Of a DNA stretch of 38,841 bases, positions 1 through 7,149 are shown piece by piece. The position numbers and the translations under genes are program-made. The notes beneath the pieces are model-generated. The model did not search any database and was not told the origin of the DNA. It was given only the letters and a program-made list of their open reading frames with translations. How positions within the stretch are numbered: the stretch's first letter is position 1; each line of letters opens with the position of its first letter. Origin of the DNA: Candidatus Eiseniibacteriota bacterium (GTDB taxonomy: Bacteria; Eisenbacteria; RBG-16-71-46). The stretch lies in NCBI GenBank assembly GCA_044451485.1, contig JBIOKD010000003.1:1-38841 (forward strand). The letters run 5' to 3'.

Positions 1-123
1 ACATTCGCCTGGCTGGGCTGGTGTCGGCGACTGCTGGTGCGACACGAGCGGCTCCTCACGGTCTATACAGCGTTCTTCCACCTGGCCTGCGCGATGCTCA
101 CGCTTCGACAGGTTTTGAAATAG
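1..123 (+). mobile_element. IS5-family transposase, C-terminal fragment (truncated by window edge)
   Basis: Frame 1 reads TFAWLGWCRRLLVRHERLLTVYTAFFHLACAMLTLRQVLK-stop (TAG 121-123). This matches the recalled IS5-family C-terminal pattern (ER)TFAWLxxxRRLxxRyER...F..LA. Not in the ORF track because it lacks a start. Confidence 0.8.
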
Positions 124-130
124 GTTCTAG
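111..130 (-). repeat. Probable right terminal inverted repeat of the IS5-family element plus CTAG target site
   Basis: Bottom strand reads CTAGAACCTATTTCAAAACC; it overlaps the transposase stop and ends at CTAG 127-130. The left end is outside the window, so the pairing cannot be confirmed. Confidence 0.5.
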
Positions 131-179
131 GCTCCGTTTGAACACCCGCGCGCCCCATACGTTCTCGAACGGAGCCTAG
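127..179. repeat. CTAG-bounded inverted doublet of the dispersed ~30-bp repeat (REP/MITE-like)
   Basis: Left arm CTAGGCTCCGTTTGAAC (127-143). Right arm on the bottom strand CTAGGCTCCGTTCGAGAACGTATGG, starting at 179. Confidence 0.7.
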
Positions 180-2365
180 GACGCGGGCGCGTCCGGCGTC
201 GTCTTCTCGCCCGGTTCCATGGCCGGGCCGGCGTCGGCGGCCGGTGGCTCGGTGGGCGCCGTCTCGATCGCCACGCTCTCCACCTCGGCCACCTCGCGTT
301 TCCACTGCATGAAGTGCTCATGCTGCATCTGGGTGTCGCTGATCCGGCCGGTGAGCCAGGTCCAGTTCATCGGGTACACGTCGGGATTCGCGATGTTCTG
401 GTACAGGTGCCACACCACGATGGCCAGGAAGGCGAGCCACGCCTCGTAGTAGTGGACGAGGGTGGCGAGATCCATCGCCCACTTGGGCAGCTCGCGCAGC
501 GAGGAATTCTCGAACCACAGGATCCCGCCGGTCACGGTCATGACGATCGTGCCCCAGATCAGCGCCCAGTACTCCGCTTTCTCGATGTAGCCGAAGCGCT
601 CGAAACGCGCCGGCGTGGCGCGCAACCCGGAGAGATAGAGCAGGTTCTGGAACAGGTCGACGGCGTCCTGGGGTCGTGGCAGCAAGTCCTGCAACAGGAC
701 GCGTCCGCGTCGGGTGGCCAGATAGCCGACGTGGAAGAGCGACACCGCCACCATCACCACCGCCGCCACCCGGTGGATGATCCCACGCCACGCGTAGCCG
801 GACTCGAGCCGCGCGAACCACGCGAACGGCCAGGCCTCCGGGAACTTGAGCGCGAATCCCGTGTACACGAGGGTGAAGAAGCTCCCCGCCAGCAGACCGT
901 GCTGGATGCGCTCCACGAGACTCATGCGCTGGTACCAGCGACGCGCGTCGTGCACGTGCATCTCGGCCCGCCCCATCTGCTCCTGGAGATGCCGGCCGAG
1001 CTTGCGGGCGAAGTCGAGCCCGTTGTGGAGCGTCATGAAGCCGATCGTGCCGACGATCAGCCACAGGTAGAGCCAGCGGGCCCAGTAGAGCACCGGCTGT
1101 GTCGGGGTGGCCACCGCGACGTGCACCGGACCCATGCGGTACTTGGTCCCGGCCCCGGGATGACATCGCCCGCAGGTCGAGGCGAGACGCTGTGGCGACA
1201 CGCTCGAGCGGGGATCGCTCGACGGCAGGATGTCGTGGTACCCGTGACAGCTGGCGCAATTCGCCACCACCGGGGAGCCGCCCCGCGCCGCCAGACCGTG
1301 GAAGCTGTCCCGGTAGGTGGACAGACGTCCCGCCGGCAAACCGTACGTCTCCCGGATCCCCGTCGCCTCGTGACAACGCGAACAGGTCTCGCTCACGTGG
1401 GTCGCGGCCACCGGCGAGTCGAGGTCGTGCGGCCCGCGGATCATGTGCTCGCCGTGACAGTCGGTGCACACCGGTGACGCGGTCACCCCACGTCGCAGTG
1501 CGGTGCCGTGGATCCCGGTGCGGTACGCCGCGGCCTCGCTCGAGTGACACTTGCCGCAGGTCGCCGGGATGTTGGTGCGATAGATCGACGACGCCGGGTC
1601 GCTGGCGCGCTTCAGGCGGTGGCTCTCGTGACAGTCGTTGCAGTGGGCGGCGTTCTCTTTCCCGGATCGACCGTGCACGCTGTTGCGGAACAGCTGGACC
1701 GCCTCCGGGATGGTGATCTTGCGACGCATCATGAGCTCGCGATCGGCGTGACAGCGGGCGCACGTCGCGGCGAGTCGTGCGCGACTGGTGCTGGACAACG
1801 AGTCGGTGTGCGCGCGGGTCGAGTGGGCGGAGCCGTGACAGTCCTGACAGGTCGAGGCCTCGGTGTCCCCGCCGGCCAGCGCCACACCGTGGACGCTGTC
1901 CCGATACTCGTCGCTCTCTTGCGCGTGACAGCGGGCGCACATCGCGCGTCCTCGCGCCGGGGCGACGTCGTGGGTGCCGTGACAGGCGCGGCACGACGCC
2001 TCGAGGTCGGCCGCGACGGCGCGGTGGACGCCCTGGGTCAGCGCCTGGCGTTCCTTCAGGTGACAGCTGGCGCAGGCCACCGGGGGGAGATGCGGCGGGT
2101 GACGGGCGTCCACGGCAGCCCGATGACAGTCGACACAGGCGAGCCGCGCGTGCACCGAGCCGGCAAACGTGCGCGCATCCACCGAGAGGTCGCCCGTGCT
2201 CCCCACCGTCCGCGCCAGCGAGCGATCCTGGTGACACATCAGGCACTCGTCGTTGGTGGGTGCCGCCCTGGCGGCAGCGGCGAGGAGAACGCCCAGCGCG
2301 ACGAGACCGCCCAAGCCGACGGCTCGGACGGCCCGGATCGTGGCACTGGCTCGGCCGCGTGGCAT
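176..2365 (-). CDS. 13-heme cytochrome c fused to a C-terminal FdnI/HydC-type cytochrome b membrane domain (CbcL-like)
   Basis: Signal peptide ending AARA; 13 CxxCH motifs counted. C-terminal TM helices carry heme-b-type His (RIQH, IIHR, FHV, LVHYYEAWLA, WHL) and the RFGYIEKAEYWALIWG motif. GGAGG precedes ATG 2365. Confidence 0.9.
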   Translation of the reverse strand: MPRGRASATIRAVRAVGLGGLVALGVLLAAAARAAPTNDECLMCHQDRSLARTVGSTGDLSVDARTFAGSVHARLACVDCHRAAVDARHPPHLPPVACASCHLKERQALTQGVHRAVAADLEASCRACHGTHDVAPARGRAMCARCHAQESDEYRDSVHGVALAGGDTEASTCQDCHGSAHSTRAHTDSLSSTSRARLAATCARCHADRELMMRRKITIPEAVQLFRNSVHGRSGKENAAHCNDCHESHRLKRASDPASSIYRTNIPATCGKCHSSEAAAYRTGIHGTALRRGVTASPVCTDCHGEHMIRGPHDLDSPVAATHVSETCSRCHEATGIRETYGLPAGRLSTYRDSFHGLAARGGSPVVANCASCHGYHDILPSSDPRSSVSPQRLASTCGRCHPGAGTKYRMGPVHVAVATPTQPVLYWARWLYLWLIVGTIGFMTLHNGLDFARKLGRHLQEQMGRAEMHVHDARRWYQRMSLVERIQHGLLAGSFFTLVYTGFALKFPEAWPFAWFARLESGYAWRGIIHRVAAVVMVAVSLFHVGYLATRRGRVLLQDLLPRPQDAVDLFQNLLYLSGLRATPARFERFGYIEKAEYWALIWGTIVMTVTGGILWFENSSLRELPKWAMDLATLVHYYEAWLAFLAIVVWHLYQNIANPDVYPMNWTWLTGRISDTQMQHEHFMQWKREVAEVESVAIETAPTEPPAADAGPAMEPGEKTTPDAPAS

Positions 2366-2446
2366 GCATTCCTCCCGCGCACAGCCACACCCGGACACGA
2401 TCCGGCGAATGCGGACCTCCGGCGCGGCGTGCGCACTTCCCGGATT

Positions 2447-2462
2447 CGCAACAGTCGGACCA
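2447..2462 (-). promoter_or_regulatory. Putative sigma54 (-24/-12) promoter of the 13-heme gene
   Basis: Bottom strand TGGTCCGACTGTTGCG has GG-N10-GC spacing; consensus is TGGCACGNNNNTTGC. Confidence 0.55.
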
Positions 2463-2547
2463 CGGGCCGGTGTCGACGGAGGCCACGTAACCCCCGGGAA
2501 ATGACGTCTTCAGGGGCAATTCGGGATCGTCGCGACCCGCATGACCC

Positions 2548-2580
2548 TGACAGGCTGCCACGTCGACTGTCAGCCTGACA
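2548..2580. promoter_or_regulatory. Dyad operator/enhancer candidate between the divergent cytochrome genes
   Basis: TGACAGGCTGCCA-cgtcgac-TGTCAGCCTGACA. The two 13-mers are inverted copies (11/13 match), and the right one is itself TGTCA-N3-TGACA. Centre is 2564. Confidence 0.55.
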
Positions 2581-2665
2581 CCCGGGGACGGCGACGTCGT
2601 CGCTCGACGTCCTCCCCCGCGGCCGCATCCTCTTGCGCCGAACGGTCTCCCGCGATCGTTCGGGG

Positions 2666-2681
2666 CGGCCTGCGGCTTGCT
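2666..2681 (+). promoter_or_regulatory. Putative sigma54 (-24/-12) promoter of the 19-heme gene
   Basis: CGGCCTGCGGCTTGCT has GG-N10-GC spacing with TTGCT at -12; 70 bp upstream of ATG 2752. Confidence 0.5.
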
Positions 2682-2751
2682 GATTCGGGAGGGGGCGTCC
2701 GCGGAGCCGATCGGGGGCCGCGGGCGTCCACCCATGTCCGAGGGATTAAGC

Positions 2752-5682
2752 ATGGACGAACCGGCACACCTGGAGCACCGCCCACTCGAGACGACCGGAG
2801 ACGGGGGCCACTCCCCCGCCGGAAGTCCAGCACGCTCCACGGCGTGGCGGTTCCGGGTGATGACGGTGCTGTTGCTCGCCGTCACCGCGACCTTCGCGAT
2901 CGGCGCGTGGGCGCCGGCCGCCCCGGGTGCGGAGACCCCGGCCGCGGCGCGGAACCCCAAGGAATCCGCGCCCCTCCCCGGCTCGGACGACTGCACCATG
3001 TGTCACCAGCCCGGACCCCCGACGCTCCACCGCGTTCCGGACGAGGCTCCCAATTTCGACGCGGCCGGGCTCCACGCGGGGCCCCACGCCGGGGTTGCGT
3101 GCGCGCGCTGTCACGAGGAGCTTCAGAACGCCGAGTTCCCACACGCCACCCGGCTCCGCAAGGTGGAGTGCGGCCGATGCCACGACAACGAGCTTCGTCA
3201 ACACCTCGAGAGCCTGCACGGACAGGCGGAGAGCCGCGGCGAGAAGCTGGCGCCCACCTGCAAGAGCTGTCACGGCACCCACGACGTGCTGAGCCCGCGC
3301 GATCCACGTGCCAACACGTATATCGCCAACATCCCGCTGTTGTGCAACCGCTGTCACCGGGAAGGCTCTCCGGTCCAGTCCTACTATCACATCCCCCAGG
3401 ACTCGATCCTGGCCAACTACCAGGAATCCATCCACGGCGAGGGTCTGTTCAAGAAGGGTCTGTTGACCACCGCGGTGTGCACCAGCTGTCACACCGCCCA
3501 CGACCAGCTCCCCCACACCGATCCGCGCTCGAGCATCGCCCGCGCGAACGTGGCCCACACCTGCCAGCAGTGCCACGCCCGGATCGAGCAGGTGCACGCC
3601 AAGGTGGTGAACGGCGTGCTGTGGGAGAAGGCCCCGAACCAGGTGCCGGCGTGCGTCGACTGTCACCAGCCGCACAAGGTGCGGCGTGTGTACTACCCGG
3701 GTGGCATGGCCGACCGGGACTGCATGTTCTGTCACGGCCGGCGTGATCTCACCGGCACACACGACGGTCGCAAGGTCTCCATGTACGTCGATCTCGAGCA
3801 GACCCAGCGCTCACGTCACACCAAGGTGGCCTGCTCCCAGTGCCACACCGGGGTGACCCCTTCGGCGGCGCGCCCGTGCAGCACGGTCCGGCCCCAGGTC
3901 GACTGCTCGACCTGTCACGCCGAGGTGGCCGACACGTATCGCCGCAGCATCCACGGCCAGCTCGCGGCGAAGGAGAGCCCGGACGCGCCGGCATGCGTCG
4001 ATTGTCACGGCACGCACGGCATCCAGAGTCATCTCGAGACCGGCTCGGCGACGTACGCGCGCAACGTGCCGACCCTGTGCGGCAACTGTCACCGGACCGG
4101 GCAACGGGCCGCCATCCGCATGAAGGCGACCCAGACCCAGATCCTCGAGCACTACCAGGAGAGCATTCACGGCAAGGGTCTGCTCAAGAGCGGTCTGGTG
4201 GTGACCGCCACCTGCGCCGATTGTCACAGCCCCCACGGCGAGCTGCCGGCGCACGATCCGGCGTCGACCGTGAACCGAGCCAACATCGCCGGCACCTGCG
4301 CGAAGTGCCACCGCGGGATCTACGAGCAGTTCGAGAACAGCATCCACTCCCCGACGGTGTCCAGGAGCAAGGAGCGTCTTCCGGTGTGCTCCGACTGTCA
4401 CAGCGCCCACACCATCGGCCGCACCGACACCGATGACTTCCGTCTCAGCATCATGAACCAGTGCGGCTCGTGTCACCGGCAGCTCGCCGAGACGTACTTC
4501 GAGACGTATCACGGCAAGGTCTCGAAGCTGGGCTATCTGAAGACCGCGAAGTGCTACGACTGTCATGGAGCGCACGACATCCTGCCGCCGTACGATCCCG
4601 CCTCGCATCTGTCCCGGGCCAACATCGTGAAGACCTGCGCCCAGTGTCATCCCGGCTCCAACCGCCGATTCGCCGGCTATCTCACCCACGCCACCCACCA
4701 CGACCCACGCCGCTACCCGGCGCTGTTCGTGGTGTTCTGGGGGATGACCGGTCTTCTGGTCGGAACGTTCCTGGTCGCCGGTCTGCACACCCTGGCGTGG
4801 CTGCCCCGATCACTGGCCTATCGCCGCAGGCTCCGGACCACGCACGCGCTCGAATCCCCACAACACGTGCGGCGCTTCCCGAAGCTCTATCGCACGCTGC
4901 ACCTGATGGTGATCGCGAGCTTCATCGCCCTGGCGCTCACCGGGATGACGCTCAAGTTCTCGTACACGCCGTGGGCCTATTGGCTGTCGCGGCTGTTCGG
5001 CGGATTCGAGTCGGCCGGGATCATCCACCGTATCGGCGCGCTGGTGACCTTCAGCTACTTCGCCATCCACCTCGTGGACCTGGCGCGGCGCAAACGCTCG
5101 CGTGGCGGATCGTGGCTGAAGTTCATCACCGGTCCGGACGGCATGATGTTCAACCGGGTCGATCTCCGGGAGTTCATCGGCTCGGTGCGCTGGTTCCTCG
5201 GCAAGGGGCCCCGACCGTCGTACGGACGGTGGACCTACTGGGAGAAGTTCGACTACTTCGCGGTGTTCTGGGGGGTCGCGGTGATCGGTCTGTCGGGGCT
5301 GCTGTTGTGGTTCCCGACCTTCTTCACCCGGATCATGCCCGGGTGGCTGCTCAACGTCGCCACCATCATCCACAGCGACGAGGCCCTGCTCGCGGTCGGG
5401 TTCATCTTCACGGTCCATTTCTTCAACACCCACTTCCGACCGGAGAAGTTCCCCATGGACACCGTGATCTTCACCGGTGGGATCCCCCTCGAGGAGTTCA
5501 AGGAGGATCGTCCGCGCGAGTACCAGGAACTCGTGGAGAGCGGTCAACTCGCCGAGCGGCTCATGCCCGCCCCCGATCCACGCGACTTAAGACGCTGGCG
5601 CACCTTCGGCGGCGTGGCGCTCGGGATCGGCATCGCCCTGATCCTGCTCATCCTCTACGCGGCGATCTTCGGATACCGCTGA
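2752..5682 (+). CDS. 19-heme cytochrome c fused to a C-terminal cytochrome b membrane domain (CbcL-like)
   Basis: N-terminal hydrophobic signal segment; 19 CxxCH motifs counted. TM domain has TLHL, IIHR, IHL, IIHSDEALLA, VHFFNTH and RWTYWEKFDYFAVFWG. Start uncertain (2734, 2752 or later). Confidence 0.9.
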   Translation: MDEPAHLEHRPLETTGDGGHSPAGSPARSTAWRFRVMTVLLLAVTATFAIGAWAPAAPGAETPAAARNPKESAPLPGSDDCTMCHQPGPPTLHRVPDEAPNFDAAGLHAGPHAGVACARCHEELQNAEFPHATRLRKVECGRCHDNELRQHLESLHGQAESRGEKLAPTCKSCHGTHDVLSPRDPRANTYIANIPLLCNRCHREGSPVQSYYHIPQDSILANYQESIHGEGLFKKGLLTTAVCTSCHTAHDQLPHTDPRSSIARANVAHTCQQCHARIEQVHAKVVNGVLWEKAPNQVPACVDCHQPHKVRRVYYPGGMADRDCMFCHGRRDLTGTHDGRKVSMYVDLEQTQRSRHTKVACSQCHTGVTPSAARPCSTVRPQVDCSTCHAEVADTYRRSIHGQLAAKESPDAPACVDCHGTHGIQSHLETGSATYARNVPTLCGNCHRTGQRAAIRMKATQTQILEHYQESIHGKGLLKSGLVVTATCADCHSPHGELPAHDPASTVNRANIAGTCAKCHRGIYEQFENSIHSPTVSRSKERLPVCSDCHSAHTIGRTDTDDFRLSIMNQCGSCHRQLAETYFETYHGKVSKLGYLKTAKCYDCHGAHDILPPYDPASHLSRANIVKTCAQCHPGSNRRFAGYLTHATHHDPRRYPALFVVFWGMTGLLVGTFLVAGLHTLAWLPRSLAYRRRLRTTHALESPQHVRRFPKLYRTLHLMVIASFIALALTGMTLKFSYTPWAYWLSRLFGGFESAGIIHRIGALVTFSYFAIHLVDLARRKRSRGGSWLKFITGPDGMMFNRVDLREFIGSVRWFLGKGPRPSYGRWTYWEKFDYFAVFWGVAVIGLSGLLLWFPTFFTRIMPGWLLNVATIIHSDEALLAVGFIFTVHFFNTHFRPEKFPMDTVIFTGGIPLEEFKEDRPREYQELVESGQLAERLMPAPDPRDLRRWRTFGGVALGIGIALILLILYAAIFGYR

Positions 5683-5725
5683 GACCGGCATCGTCCGGAC
5701 GTGCCGAGCGTGGACCCCAGGATCG

Positions 5726-5749
5726 GGCCGGGCGATGCACCGCCCGGCC
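5726..5749. terminator. Hairpin between convergent genes
   Basis: GGCCGGGCG-atgcac-CGCCCGGCC, perfect 9-bp stem; no U-tract. Confidence 0.4.
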
Positions 5750-5756
5750 TGCGCGG

Positions 5757-6962
5757 TCAGAATCCGAAGCGCAGGTAGGCGTCGAGTTGGTTCACACGTG
5801 GATCGCCGACGTTGTCGGCGTCGTGGGTCCACTCGAGCGCCACCCGCGTGTCGGGGCGCGGATCGTAGGCGAGATCGAGCGCCTCGCGCTGGCGGTCCAG
5901 CTCGCGCGAGTACGGGGTGAGCGTTCGATATTCGTGCTCCACCCGCCCGCTCAGCCACCAGCGCCGGTCCCGTTCGAGCGGCGCGTCCACCTCGAGCAGG
6001 GCCATGTGATGCTTGTCGTGGAGCTCGGGCGCGGGCCGGTCGTCGTACCGGTCGAGCACGTACGCCGGGAGCACCCGCACCGCCCCGGCCGTGAAGCAGC
6101 CGGCGACCTCGTGTTGCATGTGCTGGAGCCAGGTGTGGAACGGGAGGTTCGAATCCTGCCGGTCGAACCACACCCGCGCGCCGATCCGCTGTCCGGCAAA
6201 GCCGCGGGTCACCCACGCGTAGGTGTCCTGGAGATGCGTGAGCAGACGCATGTGCTGCGGTCCGCCGGGCAGCTGGCGGTGGTTCTCGGCCAGTCCGGCC
6301 GCGTACGTCCACCCGTCCTGGGCGCCGTTCATCTCCAGACCGCCGACGTCGAGCGAGACCGGGGTCAGGTAGGCGGCCAGCGTGGTGCGACGCGAGGCCG
6401 CGAGGAACGGCAGACCGGTCTCGAAGCGTCCGGCCCGGACCTGCACGCCCTCCGGCCCGCGTGTGTCGAGCTGCCCCCAGGCGGTCGGGGTCTCGAGCGT
6501 CCCGCCCGTGGTGCCGATACGCTGGTCGACGTGCCAGCTCCAGCGATCGCGGCTGACACCGGCGGCATGGAGCTCCACCACGCTCTCACGTGGACGACGG
6601 GGCAGCATCTCGTCGCGTCGCACCGGCGCCAGGCCGAGCGTGTCGCGGTCGGTGACGCCGTAACCGACGCTGGCGATGATCGCCAGCGGGAGCGGCCGTG
6701 AGTCGAGTGCCGGATGCGCGGTCGCCATCCGATAGCCGCGGGCGAGGAACGCCAGACCGGTGGCGTTCAATCTCGGCACCGGGTCGTGACACGCCGCGCA
6801 ATTCGACCCGAACAGCGGCAGCGCGTGCGCCATCGGGCCGCTGCCACACGAAATCGCCAGCACCGTCCACAGGGCCACCCACACGCGCGGTACGACCCGC
6901 CGCGACCGGGACACGGCTCGATCCCACATGACCGTGAGGCTAGCCTGTCGATCCGGCGTCAC
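5757..6962 (-). CDS. Cyc2-like monoheme cytochrome c / outer-membrane beta-barrel fusion
   Basis: Signal peptide ending AHA, then LPLFGSNCAACHDPVPRLNATGLAFLARGY, which resembles the Cyc2 N-terminus (P.F...CxxCH..P.L...G..F...G[YF]). Amphipathic beta-strands follow, ending in DAYLRFGF with the terminal Phe typical of outer-membrane proteins. Start may be 6929. Confidence 0.72.
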   Translation of the reverse strand: MTPDRQASLTVMWDRAVSRSRRVVPRVWVALWTVLAISCGSGPMAHALPLFGSNCAACHDPVPRLNATGLAFLARGYRMATAHPALDSRPLPLAIIASVGYGVTDRDTLGLAPVRRDEMLPRRPRESVVELHAAGVSRDRWSWHVDQRIGTTGGTLETPTAWGQLDTRGPEGVQVRAGRFETGLPFLAASRRTTLAAYLTPVSLDVGGLEMNGAQDGWTYAAGLAENHRQLPGGPQHMRLLTHLQDTYAWVTRGFAGQRIGARVWFDRQDSNLPFHTWLQHMQHEVAGCFTAGAVRVLPAYVLDRYDDRPAPELHDKHHMALLEVDAPLERDRRWWLSGRVEHEYRTLTPYSRELDRQREALDLAYDPRPDTRVALEWTHDADNVGDPRVNQLDAYLRFGF

Positions 6963-7149
6963 GCGTCACCGAAATGCGAAATCCGTTGGAGCCCCGCCCT
7001 CCCGAGGGGCACAAGGATGCGCACCCGCCGGTGGAGAAACGCTGTCCCGGCTCGGGCTGCGCGTCTCCCGGAAATCGATGGTGGGCCTCCACTTCTCTGG
7101 TGTATAAGAGCCACGAGCGGCCGACGCACCCCATCGAACTGGAGCCCGG

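Noticed and set aside
6840-6865. LAISC in the Cyc2-like leader as a lipobox
   Set aside because: The -3 residue is non-canonical, and an AHA signal-peptidase-I site directly precedes the Cyc2-type mature N-terminus. Not fully excluded.
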